Source: Macrostomum lignano (Eukaryota). From it: DNA of 64,000 bases. The notes below the pieces were generated by a model. It saw nothing but the letters and a program-made list of their open reading frames with translations. It made no database searches and was not told the origin of the DNA. The position numbers were made by a program, and so were the translations under genes. The stretch is taken from the NCBI GenBank assembly GCA_002269645.1, contig NIVC01000532.1:186001-250000 (forward strand), written 5' to 3'. Positions 1 to 11,830 of this stretch are shown here, one piece after another. Positions within the stretch are counted from its first letter, which is position 1. The number at the start of each line of letters is the position of its first letter.

Positions 1-200
1 AATTGACTAAAACTTTTGTGAGCCCACAAAGGAAGCCAATTATGATTTCCCCGCATTGGGTGAGAAGGCAGTGTTTCGGAATTACCTACAGTCAGCGATC
101 TGAGAGACTTTCTCAAGACACGCGCCAGGAAGTTTCACTTCCGGTAGTAGAATTTTGTCAGAGCTTCGCTGTCATGGATTTTTAATGTTGGCGAACCCAA
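1..200 (+). repeat. Dispersed repeat, homologous to the 3' flank of lectin-PAN genes (other copies about 6050-6260 and 61865-62010)
   Basis: GACTAAAACTTTTGTGAGCC...CAGTCAGCGATCTGAGAGACTTTCTCAAGACAC...GTTTCACTTCCGG recurs at about 6050-6190 (downstream of copy A) and 61865-62005 (downstream of copy E). Confidence 0.85.
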
Positions 201-699
201 GGACTGCTTAAGTAAAGCAGAAATCTTGCGAATCTACTTTTTCGCTTGTTTTAGCCCTCTGCAGGCTATCAATATTGTTAGTAAGCTTTTTACGTCAGTG
301 AGCCTTCAAGCGTGCCTGATACTGTGTCTGTGGTTTACACGTATTCATATTTGCCCACAGAAAAGCAAACTTGTAAAAGCAAAGAGAGGCATTGTCTCGC
401 TGCATTTTTTGCTAGGAAACTTTCTATTAGTGAAAAAGAGAAATTGTTAAGATTAATGAAAGAATTAATTAAATGAAATTAAAGCATGAACTACTAATTT
501 AGTTAAACCCATAAAACGATTTCAATATTAGAATTTAAAGAAACTAAAAACACAAAGCCAATCAATCGTCAGTCAGGAGTATTGCCAATAAATCATCAGG
601 CAATTATTCTAGACGAGTTCCTGTACGTCTCTCTTCCCTCGTCTTCACTTTTCTCGTTTCTCTTACTGTCTCAAAAAATTGACTGGCGCTCTGCCGTGA

Positions 700-1491
700 A
701 TGAATAAAACCATGGTTTGCTCGTCTGCCTTAAATCTTGGGGTAATTTTGCTCCGAGAAGCCCCCGTTTCCCATCGATTGGCTAACTGAAAATTCTTTAG
801 TTGTCTATGGTAAAAACGTTGCAGCTGCAGTGAACTCATTGTACTGGGTGATTGGTAAATATCTGGACATGGTTAGTTTTTGCTGTAGACAAACTGTTCT
901 CCGCAACGCAATCCACTACCCTTTGCGTCACGGGTACTCGGCTTTTTTGAAGCATCTAGCGCACGTAATTGAGTTCCACGTCCTTCCAGAGGCTCCATGG
1001 CTTTCCGCATTCGCTGACCAAGTAGTATTGCAGCATGCTGAAAAAATCCTTCAACGTAGAAGCACCATAACGATCACCACGCTTATTTCGGATCTCTAAG
1101 ATAAACCATTCAAGAACGTAGCTGAGATCGCGCTTGCTCATCTCGGATAGGTTGGCCAACACTATCGAACCGGTCTACGTTCTGCCTTAGCCAATTGAGC
1201 CTTCTTCTCGTGTCACGATCGAAATATTTCTACCAATCCACTTACACCTTTTCGTTGCAGCTTCTGGCGCAACAGACACAATTATTTCGTTCAGTCTCTG
1301 CATGCTCATCTTCGCTGTAGTCGGTTGCGAAAGCCAATGGCAAGTCACTCAAGAAAGCTTCGACTTCGGCAAGGCTAAGTAATTCAAAACCGTCAACTAA
1401 AAACTAGCCGATTGAGCATTCTGTATAAGTTCTGTACTTAAAATTTCACAGCAAAATTTAAGGCAGGCGAGCAATCAATGATTTTATTCAT
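700..1491 (-). mobile_element. Crypton-like (tyrosine-recombinase, DUF3504/KIAA1958-ZMYM-type) non-autonomous element remnant with 35-bp imperfect inverted termini
   Basis: ORF 956..1162(-) reads LSYVLEWFILEIRNKRGDRYGASTLKDFFSMLQYY, the F..E.R...G..Y...TL motif of CryptonA-derived proteins. 700-734 and 1457-1491 are inverted repeats (31/35). Stops and frameshifts are present. Confidence 0.7.
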
Positions 1492-4273
1492 CCATCGCAG
1501 CAATGTCTAGATGTCTGAAAGGCTTTGACTACCTGTCAAGAAGGCAGAAATATAAAAATATTGTATCAGTAGCATCACTGCTACACTGCTACAACTTTCA
1601 GTGCGTTTTCTTGGGAAAATTGGTCGAAATCAATTGATTACACACGATTTTCGAAGCCTAATCCAGCATCCACTAGAACTAGCAAGAATAGAATTTACGA
1701 GTATACTACAACTTATTAAGTAATTTATATTTGTTCATTGCCTGCCCCAGCAAGCTTTGCACAGCATCGAAATATTTCAGATGACAGACGCTTTTAGCCA
1801 ATGCTAATGCTAAAAGCGTTAGCCACTTGCCCTACTTGCTGATTTACTTCTGTATATACTATAATTTACAGCAAAAAATATTATTGTCGGAAATGCGACT
1901 AGCTCGTAAAAGGCGTCATTACGACGGCGATTCGACGTCGACCTGACCGGTCACTGTTATCAGGATGATAAAAAATGCACTTTATTTAATGCATCAAGAT
2001 ATACCATTTTTTAATTTTTAGGCACAGGATATTTATCTACGATATAAAAGTAACATAGAATCCAATTTTTAAACGAAAATCTCTACGAATATCAATAGAG
2101 CCATATAAAAAGGACCAAGTCATGTCAAAGTATGAAAATTGAGTCTTTCTCCTATCAAAGACAACAAAAAATGATGTCCTGAAAATTGAAACTCCCTATC
2201 TCCGTAATGTGTTTTTCGTTAAAAAAAATTGCCTACTAAAAAATTCGAAGAAACGTTGTTTTTTTGTCTTTCTTCTACTATAGAAGTCTTAGTTTGAAGT
2301 GCCCACTATTCATGCCTTGTGGTTTGAACCTTGTTTTTATAACTTGTATTTGAACTCAAGGCAGCATGAGCATAGCGAGTCCTAAAGAAAAAAGGAAAGC
2401 TGAGATCTTAAGCGGCTTTGGTTGGGAGTTAAGATATAATAGATATAACTGTCAAGAATCAAGACTAAGATAGAAAGAACAAGTAACGGTTGAGGAGCGA
2501 TTCTTCAGGGCACAAAACCATGTATACACGAATTACCCATTCCTCGACTCTACAACGAAATTACGTACGTATGTGAACTGATTTTAGGTCAAAACTAAAC
2601 GAATACGGCTTTATAAGACATCGAAAAGAAGTCCTCAGCACGACATCATTGGCAGAAATATTTCGCGACGTCGAGACAGTTCAATGTAGTGCAAATACGT
2701 TGCTTCCACTTTGACCAGTGGGAGCAGTTGTAAATAAGTCTGATGCCAAGAGATGATTTGCGAATGGCTCCAAGCGAGCTCAATATGCTCAACGGATCCG
2801 GCACAACAGCGACTCTACCCGCTGCGAATCTCTTCAAGCAGCAGGCACTCGACCGTCTGTCTGAACTCCTCGACCGGCGCGTAGTTATCGGACTCAAAAG
2901 CGGGCACTTCAGACAGGGAGGCAGGCAGGATGATCAACGTCGGGGCAGACAGGAAGTGGGAGAGAAAACGCCGCAGGCGATGAAGTCTGAATGCGACACG
3001 TTATTCAGTGTTTTGTTTGATTAACACGATTGGGGTAGTTAACAGGCATATGCAAACTACCGTAGATCTGAAATCAGTGCAAAATTCAGGCAGCTCTGCC
3101 TCCTCTTTCTGCGGCCGCAGCAGTTCGATGCATGCATCGTCGGGTAAGATTGATTTCCGTTTCCAGTGCCGCTCCGAAAAATTGCCGCCCGCCTTGGACC
3201 GCCAGCTGCTGTCGATTTCGCATAGGCTCTCGACCAAAAGTCAGCATCTACTCGTAGATCTGCTTGAGAGTCACGTCACGAGAATCATGGGCAATATTAT
3301 AAATCGGCTTCGCTACCTTTCATGGGCAGCTTGCGCGCTTGCAGTGCAGCCTCTGTGGCTCGCAAAGAATCGAACCAGCGGTCGTGGCGCGACAGCCAGA
3401 CGCGGTCACCACTGACTTGCTCTGCCGCCACTGGTCTGCATTTCCCGCAATGTCTTCCATCACACGATTGACAACTGAGGGACATCCAACACAAGATCTG
3501 GTTGACGAGCGATTCCAACTGCCACAAATTTTGAGCAGACGTCTCACAAACTTTGGAAGGTCCGTTACATGACTGTTTTACCTGACACTGCTGTCTCGAA
3601 AGTGACCGCCGGATTGAGCTGTGCTCACTTAAGGCAGTTTTTGAATTTGTCCCTTTTTTAGGATATGAATAAAAAAATAAATCACCCAAGTGTTGTCCCA
3701 TTATAACGATAATTTTGCTTTCCTACGAGCTACTTTTAGTAGCAAGGAGTGGACACAGTGGGGATTGGGAATGCAAAAGTGGAGCATTTAGCCAACAAAG
3801 TCCATTGTTGTGCACCATTTTTTGGATAAATGTGCTTCTAGTTGAGTTTGATGAACTGTGAAATAGATGGCGACAGTAATTTTAATTAATTTTAGTGGCG
3901 AATATTCGCATACTATGTGAAGCTGTAGTGCAGTAGTTCCTTTTGAAGAGACCTAAACGTCAAGCAGAAACAGCTAGAACTTACGGTAGCCTTCGTATTC
4001 TTCCACTGGTGTTTCTGTCAAGCTCTTTAGTCTGCACTGACTGATTGTGCGTTCATAGTCAGCTTGAGAAGTTCAAACATCCCAAGCACCACGATAGGGC
4101 CCCTCATCCGACATGGCAGGCTTCTTTCTCTCCGCTCGATTAATCAACTGGTTCAGCATGAAAGCATGGATAAATGCAAGCTCAAGCATTTAGCATAGAA
4201 TCGATAAAATTTGTGCGCAGCTTAGCAGCAGACGGTCCAATGGCCAATGCAAACCAACGACAGTCTTCACTGA

Positions 4274-4278
4274 CCAAT
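4274..4278 (+). promoter_or_regulatory. CCAAT box in the upstream region shared by lectin copies A and D
   Basis: TGACCAATCAGAGTCTGCC is conserved about 100 nt upstream of the ATG in copy A and copy D (about 51428-51446). Confidence 0.4.
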
Positions 4279-4372
4279 CAGAGTCTGCCATGCTGCGAAC
4301 AAGTTAAATAAAGCAATTTTCATGTGAATGATGAAGCCCGCACAGCTGAAATACTGCTGGTTTACCACAAGG

Positions 4373-5273
4373 ATGTCGACTCCAAGGGCGCTCCTTCTCG
4401 CCATGCTGAGCCTCGCCTGCCTGCGCAGCCTGCAGTCCTGCCAGCCGCCCTACCAGCCCGAGTCCGGCTTCTGCCTGCTCGTGAACACCATGCACAGCCG
4501 CAGTCGGCTGGTGCCAGGCAGCTCGTCTGTGCCAGGCCGTCGGAGGCGAGCTGGTGATGGAGCCAGCCGCCATCCGGGCAGCTGCACCGTTCGCCAAGGG
4601 CTCGGTGATGCTGTGGGTCGGCGTCACCGACATGCTGGAGGAGCGGCGGACTAACAGGTGAGGCAAAAAGAATCTAGTATCGATTATTTCTGCACACAGC
4701 AAATTTGATTGCATTTTGTGCTGAACAAAGAACTCTGAAAATCTCATCTGAATGCTCATTCATTAGCCTTTGATGAGTAAATATGCTAATTATGTAGATA
4801 ATATTAGGAGGTCCTCACTGATCTGATATTCTCCTCTTCTCAGGAGCGGCTGGCGCATGGCCAATGGAAGCGAATTTGTTGCCCCAAACTCTGACTGGGA
4901 ATCTGGCTACCCAAACAACATCGACAACTCGGACGACATGCTGGCTCTAAAAAGCGGTCTACTGGTCGACTTGATCTCATCAAACCTGATCGGCTTCGTC
5001 TGCCAGCCCGTGGCGACGCCGAACAGCGGAACCTTCCGTCGGACCAGCTTCCTGCAGCTGGGCGACATCACGCCCTACTACTGCTACACGGAGGTGCAGT
5101 CGGTGCAGCCCAGGCTGCTCTGCGTTCGCCAGTGCGCTGCCCGCTGGGAGTGTCGGGCGGCTCTGTTCAACCGGGCCGAGTCTCGCTGCCGCATGCTGGA
5201 CTTCGCCGACGCGAGCGCGGGCGACGCCATCGAGAAGAGCGGCGCTTGGGAGAAGTTCGTCAAGGTCTACTGA
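4373..5273 (+). pseudogene. Secreted C-type lectin + PAN/apple gene, copy A; exons 4373-4657 and 4844-5273; frameshifted
   Basis: Signal peptide MSTPRALLLAMLSLAC, CTLD WVGVTD motif and PAN CxxxC...C...C. GT-AG intron 4658-4843. A 4-bp insertion (ATGC after GTGAACACC, about 4490) relative to the other copies shifts exon 1 out of frame. Confidence 0.85.
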
Positions 5274-6342
5274 GAAAAACAGCGGTTAAAAATACCAAAT
5301 GGCCACTGAAGTTAAAAGAAACTCTTAACTTACAGGAAAACCAACTTTAACCAAAACTAGTAGAAAATCAACTCGACAGCAAGTCATATCGTGAGCAAAA
5401 CAATGAAAGACGGCCACATTCAAAACTCCTAGAAGACTTGTTACCTCTGAAAAATCCCAGAAAATAAATTCTCCTTTTTTTGCGCCAAAGAGTTTAGAGA
5501 TTCGGGACTTTCTTGCATCTACCCTGAAAGTATAAAGCTTGTTGCTGTTTCTGTCCTCAATTTAATCTTTCTACTATTACGTCTCAGTCAGAAGCATTGA
5601 AAAACGAATATGTTTGCATTGTAACTTAGCATGGCCTAATATTGAAATATCAAGCTTTTGCTGAGGATCCTATATTTGAAGTTAATAACCAAAACACTCC
5701 TTTTCTTTTCGATGTAGTCTATTGTTTTTTCAAATACTTGTTGGGCATACTCTCTGCTTTACGAATATTTGTGGCAACTATATCTATTTTCCAAATATTA
5801 CAAATCTGTATCGAATTTTCTTCTGGAATTTACACGAGATTGTGCAGGAGCCCCGGAATCCGGATGTTTCATTTTGCCTGAGTAGCAACGCAAGGCGCTA
5901 CTCAAGTTCCGAAGCAAGCCGATGAGGAGTTTGCTTTCAATGTTGTTAAGGAAGATGAGACGCAGGCTTCACTTCCGTCATTCTTTCGGGAGCGATGGGA
6001 AAGAGGCCAAGGCATTGCCATGCCCCGTTTCCTTCCTAGAAAAACCAACTGACTAAAACTTTTGTGAGCCGACAAAGGAAGCCAAACATTGATTTCCCCG
6101 CATTGGGTGAGAAGGCGGTGTTTCGGAGTTACCCACAGTCAGCGATCTGAGAGACTTTCTCAAGACACCCGCGAGAAAGTTTCACTTCCGGATGTAAAAT
6201 ATCGTTAGAGCTTTGCTGTCATGGATGTTAAATGCTGGCGAACACAAGGACTGCTAAATTAAGACAGCAATCTTTGTTTGTAGTCCTTAGGCTGGTACCT
6301 AAGATCATATATACTTTACAAAACCTTTGCTTTACAAACCTT

Positions 6343-7791
6343 TCAGTGTAGTTGAGAAAGCTCATGGATCCACCTAGATGTCGGTAGCAGAAACACCGCC
6401 AGCTTTACGAACCATTTGTGCGCTCGGCGACATGCGCTGTAAGGCTGGGCTGCGGCATCCATCCGATCCACACCTCCCATGTTCTGATTATATTGCAACA
6501 CCGAGTTGGGCTTCAGCATCTGCTGCTCCACACCACCTCGCAGTACCCGGCTAAATAAAGAGCTAGCAGCTGTTGAAGAAGATTCCAACAGATAGACAGT
6601 CTTTGTTCCTGAGCTTCGCCTGTCAACCAGCTTCACAGCGAGGATGTCACCATGTCGGGCAAATACTTGGTGTTTGCAAGAGCATATCTCGCAGAATCGG
6701 TGGGACGCCTCGTTCTTTGCGAACGGTCCCAGTTAAGGTTGTTCCTCTGGTCAGTAGGAACTTGGCCAGTCGCACTGATGAAAACCAACTGTCGCAAAAG
6801 ACCCGATATCGAAGGTCCAGAATGTCGCAACAAAGTCTACGACGACTCTCTCACTGACTGAGAGTTCATTCGCAATGGTGGATGAATGTATCAGACAGTT
6901 CCACATGTAGCCTGTAGAAGACTCTGCAAGGCAGTACAATTTGATTCCAAACTTGGCTCTCTTGTTGGGCATGTACTGCTTAAAAAGCAGCCTCTCTTTA
7001 TGGAGGAGCAGCACTTCATCAACGGCAATGCTTTGACCAGGCAGGTAGCTGTTCCTGCAAACTGTCCAGACAATGTCTTAGAACGGCCTGGTCTTGCACA
7101 AGGGATCATCAGCGTCGAAGTCAAGACAGTCATAGCAACGCAGCCATGTCATGATTTGTTGAAACCGTTAGCGGGGGAGCATCTTCATGCTTTGAAAGTA
7201 GGGATGGAAGTAGAACGGGTCCGTGGACCAGTAAGCCGTCAGCTCCGGTTTCTGTACAACTTCAGTATAAAATATAACGCCGATCACCTTCTTCATCTCA
7301 GAAACAGTGCAGGGCTTCCACGTTCTGAGCCCGTAAGGTAGTTCAGCATCTCGGTGTTCTTTTTGAAACTTGGCAATATCCAGCTGTGCTCTCTTGTTTG
7401 TCCACACGCACATCTGAAGCAGAAAGTCATCGGGTAAAAATTGCTCGAAAATGACTGTGCAGCCATCGTCAACATCAGCAGGTACAGAGAATCTCGGATT
7501 GACTTCGCTTGCCCCGAGGAACTCGGGAAGAGAATTAGCTCGAGCATCGGTCTCTGGAGTTACTGATCTCTAATCATCGTGCATCATTCCCTGATCGTCT
7601 TCCTCCGGTCCATCGTTGCCTGCTTGATCTTCGCCACCGTCCTCTCCCTCGCTCTCAGCAGTGACCAATGATTCATCGCTCGACTTATCGCTCGATTCGC
7701 TGTCGAGGCCCAAATTTTGCAAGGCTAGCTTGGCTGCTTGTCGTTGCAGTCTGACCGCTTGCATTGTAAGGAGGCACGAGTAGAAACTCAT
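6343..7791 (-). mobile_element. piggyBac (PGBD4-like) transposase pseudogene, 3'-truncated
   Basis: Fragments read: acidic N-terminus (7570-7791), WKPCTVSEMKKVIGVIFY...YWST, KQYMPNKRAKFGIKLYCLAESSTGY and YNQNMGGVDRMD...KWFVKL. There are multiple stops and frameshifts. Confidence 0.9.
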
Positions 7792-8194
7792 TCAGGTAAC
7801 TTTCATGCTTGTATTTTCTCTCTCTTGACTTTTTCTAGCTTGTAAAAAACTGGGATAGACAATTCTCCAGTCAAAGATGTCACTTCTCCTGTTGAGAAAG
7901 TTTTTTTCTTGCCTGTGCATAATAGAGCAACTGTTTTGGGATTCGAAGTGTACAGCGCAGAATAAAAATTGTCTATGGCATGCATTGCTTGCCGTCTGGT
8001 AAGATAGAGATATGGGGGGGGGATTCTGTCGTAGACAAGTGGTTAACCACTTATGTGGCCATAGAAGCTAATGTTAAAATTTTGCTACTTGCGACAGTGC
8101 CAAAATCAACTACTGAACTCAATTTTGTCAGTAGTCTCTGCAGTTCATGAATCATTCTTAGTTTGATTGAGTAGCTTTTTATTTAACTTAACTT

Positions 8195-10090
8195 ATAGTG
8201 CAAACTGTATTAAGTATTGTTCCCTTCTGTCTATGGCTGGGATAGTGCAAACTGTATAAGTATTGTTCTCTTCTGTCTATGGTTGGGATAGTGCGAACTG
8301 TATAGGTATTGTTCTCTTCTGTCTATGGTTGGGATAGTGCGAACTGTATAGGTATTGTTCTCTTCTGTCTATGGTTGGGATAGTGCGAACTGTATAGGTA
8401 TTGTTCTCTTCTGTCTATGGTTGGGATAGTGCAAACTGTATAAGTATTGTTCTCTTCTGTCTATGGTTGGGATAGTGCGAACTGTATAGGTATTGTTCTC
8501 TTCTGTCTATGGTTGGGATAGTGCGAACTGTATAGGTATTGTTCTCTTCTGTCTATGGTTGGGATAGTGCAAACTGTATTAAGTATTGTTCCCTTCTGTC
8601 TATGGTTGGGATAGTGCAAACTGTATTAAGTATTGTTCTCTTCTGTCTATGGTTGGGATAGTGCAAACTGTATTAAGTATTGTTCCCTTCTGTCTATGGC
8701 TGGGATAGTGCAAACTGTATTAAGTATTGTTTCCTTCTGTCTATGGCTGGGATAGTGCAAACTGTATAAGTATTGTTCTCTTCTGTCTATGGTTGGGATA
8801 GTGCAAACTGTATTAAGTATTGTTCCCTTCTGTCTATGGTTGGGATAGTGCAAACTGTATTAAGTATTGTTCTCTTCTGTCTATGGTTGGGATAGTGCAA
8901 ACTGTATTAAGTATTGTTCCCTTCTGTCTATGGCTGGGATAGTGCAAACTGTATTAAGTATTGTTTCCTTCTGTCTATGGTTGGGATAGTGCGAACTGTA
9001 TAGGTATTGTTCTCTTCTGTCTATGGCTGGGATAGTGCGAACTGTATAAGTATTGTTCTCTTCTGTCTATGGTTGGGATAGTGCGAACTGTATAAGTATT
9101 GTTCTCTTCTGTCTATGGTTGGGATAGTGCGAACTGTATAGGTATTGTTCTCTTCTGTCTATGGCTGGGATAGTGCGAACTGTATTAATTATTGTTCTCT
9201 TCTGTCTATGGTTGGGATAGTGCGAACTGTATAAGTATTGTTCTCTTCTGTCTATGATTGGGATAGTGCGAACTGTATTAATTATTGTTCTCTTCTGTCT
9301 ATGGTTGGGATAGTGCGAACTGTATAAGTATTGTTCTCTTCTGTCTATGGTTGGGATAGTGCGAACTGTATAAGTATTGTTCTCTTCTGTCTATGGCTGG
9401 GATAGTGCGAACTGTATAAGTATTGTTCTCTTCTGTCTATGGTTGGGATAGTGCGAACTGTATAAGTATTGTTCTCTTCTGTCTATGGTTGGGATAGTGC
9501 GAACTGTATAAGTATTGTTCTCTTCTGTCTATGGTTGGGATAGTGCGAACTGTATAAGTATTGTTCTCTTCTGTCTATGGTTGGGATAGTGCGAACTGTA
9601 TAAGTATTGTTCTCTTCTGTCTATGGTTGGGATAGTGCGAACTGTATAAGTATTGTTCTCTTCTGTCTATGGTTGGGATAGTGCAAACTGTATAGGTATT
9701 GTTCTCTTCTGTCTATGGCTGGGATAGTGCGAACTGTATAAGTATTGTTCTCTTCTGTCTATGGTTGGGATAGTGCGAACTGTATAAGTATTGTTCTCTT
9801 CTGTCTATGGTTGGGATAGTGCGAACTGTATAGGTATTGTTCTCTTCTGTCTATGGTTGGGATAGTGCAAACTCTATTAAGTATTGTTCTCTTCTGTCTA
9901 TGGTTGGGATAGTGCGAACTGTATAAGTATTGTTCTCTTCTGTCTATGGTTGGGATAGTGCGAACTGTATTAGGTATTGTTCTCTTATGTCTATGGTTGG
10001 GATAGTGCGAACTGTATTAGGTATTGTTCTCTTCTGTCTATGGTTGGGATAGTGCGAACTGTATTAATTATTGTTCCCTTCTGTCTATGG
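8195..10090. repeat. 46/47-bp minisatellite, about 41 copies
   Basis: Unit CTGTCTATGGTTGGGATAGTGCGAACTGTATAAGTATTGTTCTCTT, head-to-tail with no spacers. Confidence 0.97.
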
Positions 10091-10874
10091 GACAGAACGG
10101 GGCTCTAGCATCCTTCAAAAGCAGTTCGGGGTAAGAGTTCGCCCTGGTGACCTCGTCTCCGAGGACCCTGCAGCAGGTCGTATAACGGCTCGCAGCAGCG
10201 ACTCTCTGACCGACAGACGTGGCCAGCCGGTCAGAGATTTAGACAAATCAAATCGTTGATGTCATAGACAAATCGTTGTCACGTGCTGCGACCGCTGATT
10301 ATTTGCATTGTTTTTCTGTTTGACGATTCGACAGACAATGCATTGTCTGTAGTAATAGAATGTTCTGCATTAAAAATGTGAATAATGATCGTCAAATTGC
10401 TAAACAATGCAAATATCTATAGGACAATGGATGTAGGTATACATGTACTCACACAACGGCTCAGTCTTGTCAGTGCGAAAAAGTGATGCGATGCAAATGT
10501 TAATATTTAGATTCTTGAGTAAAAATAAGAAACTTTTTTAAATCGAGCGAGATTGCTCCCGAAATAAGGTAAAATTAGGAAAGTTAGACGTCATTTTTTT
10601 CAGTGACAAAACCATCGAACATGATATTTATGAAACGATTGGTATGCGATTTGTAAATGTTTGAATTGAAATTTCTCTTGTTACATGAAGTAACTTTTTA
10701 GTTCAATGCTAAGTCGAACAGAGCCGTGGACGAATCAGGCCGTTTAAATGGAACAATGGGAGATGAAGTGAAGCCCCGTTGGCTGTTGAGAGCAGCTATT
10801 TAACAGCTTCGCCTTCGAAAGGCGTCGCTTTAAGCACTGGAACCCAAAGAACCGCGATTTCATCAATTGTATCG

Positions 10875-11830
10875 ATGTCGACTCCGAGGGCGCTCCTCCT
10901 CTCCCTGCTGAGCCTCGCCTGCCTGCGCAGCCTGCAGTCCTGCCAGCCGCCCTACCAGCCCGTGTCCGGCTTCTGCCTGCTCGTGAACACCACAGCCGCA
11001 GTCGGCTGGTGCCAGGCAGCTCGTCTGTGCCAGGCCGTCGGAGGCGAGCTGGTGATGGAGCCGGCCGCCATCCGGGCAGCTGCGCCGTTCACCACGGACT
11101 CGGTGAACTTGTGGGTCGGCGTCACCGACATGCTGGAGGAGCGGCTCACAAGCAGGTCGGAATTCCAGCAAAGTTCTAGAAAATGAATGCGTTGAAAACT
11201 GCCCATACTAATCAATTAACAAAAAAATTGCAATTGCTATACCACTTCTTGTCGTGCACTGAATTCTGAAGGACGCAACTTGAACGAGAATTGAAAATAA
11301 CGATCAGACAAACCGAAAACCAACTCTGCAAACTGATAATAAGCCTTCTAGTGGTTCGTCGTTCAATTTTCTCTTTTAACTGAAATTTCCATCTTCTCAG
11401 GAGCGGCTGGCGGATGACCAATGGAAGCAAGTTTGTTGCCCCAAACTCTGACTGGGGATCTGGCTACCCAAACAACTATGACCACTCGGATGACATGCTG
11501 GCTCTAAAAAACGGTTTGCTTCTCGACTTTGTCTCATCCAATCTGGTTGGCTTTGTCTGCCAGCCCGTGGCGACGCCGAACAGCGGAACCTTCCGTCGGA
11601 CCAGCTTCCTGCAGCTGGGCGACATCACGCCCTACTACTGCTACACGGAGGTGCAGTCGGTGCAGCCCAGGCTGCTCTGCGCTCGCCAGTGCGCTGCCCG
11701 CTGGGAGTGTCGGGCGGCTCTGTTCAACCGGGCCGAGTCTCGCTGCCGCATGCTGGACTTCGCCGACGCGAGCGCGGGCGACGCCATCGAGAAGAGCGGC
11801 GCTTGGGAGAAGTTCGTCAAGGTCTACTGA
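10875..11830 (+). CDS. Secreted C-type lectin + PAN/apple protein, copy B; exons 10875-11155 and 11401-11830 (236 aa)
   Basis: Signal peptide, CQPPY...FCLL...WCQAARLC...WVGVTD...GYPNN...FVC and PAN domain. Phase-2 GT-AG intron. 281+430=711 nt in an intact frame. Confidence 0.88.

Noticed and set aside
4328-4372. Upstream in-frame ATG (MMKPAQL...) as the lectin start in copies A and D
   Set aside because: It is absent from B, C and E. Conservation and the signal peptide begin at MST.
8035-8052. AAGTGG-TTAA-CCACTT palindrome as a junction of two piggyBac ends
   Set aside because: It is a plausible 5' end of the 6343-7791 element, but I found no partner TIR or TTAA on either side, so boundaries cannot be supported.
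8195-10090. CRISPR-like regular repeat
   Set aside because: Units are contiguous with no unique spacers, no cas genes are present, and the context is eukaryotic. The same applies to all other arrays.
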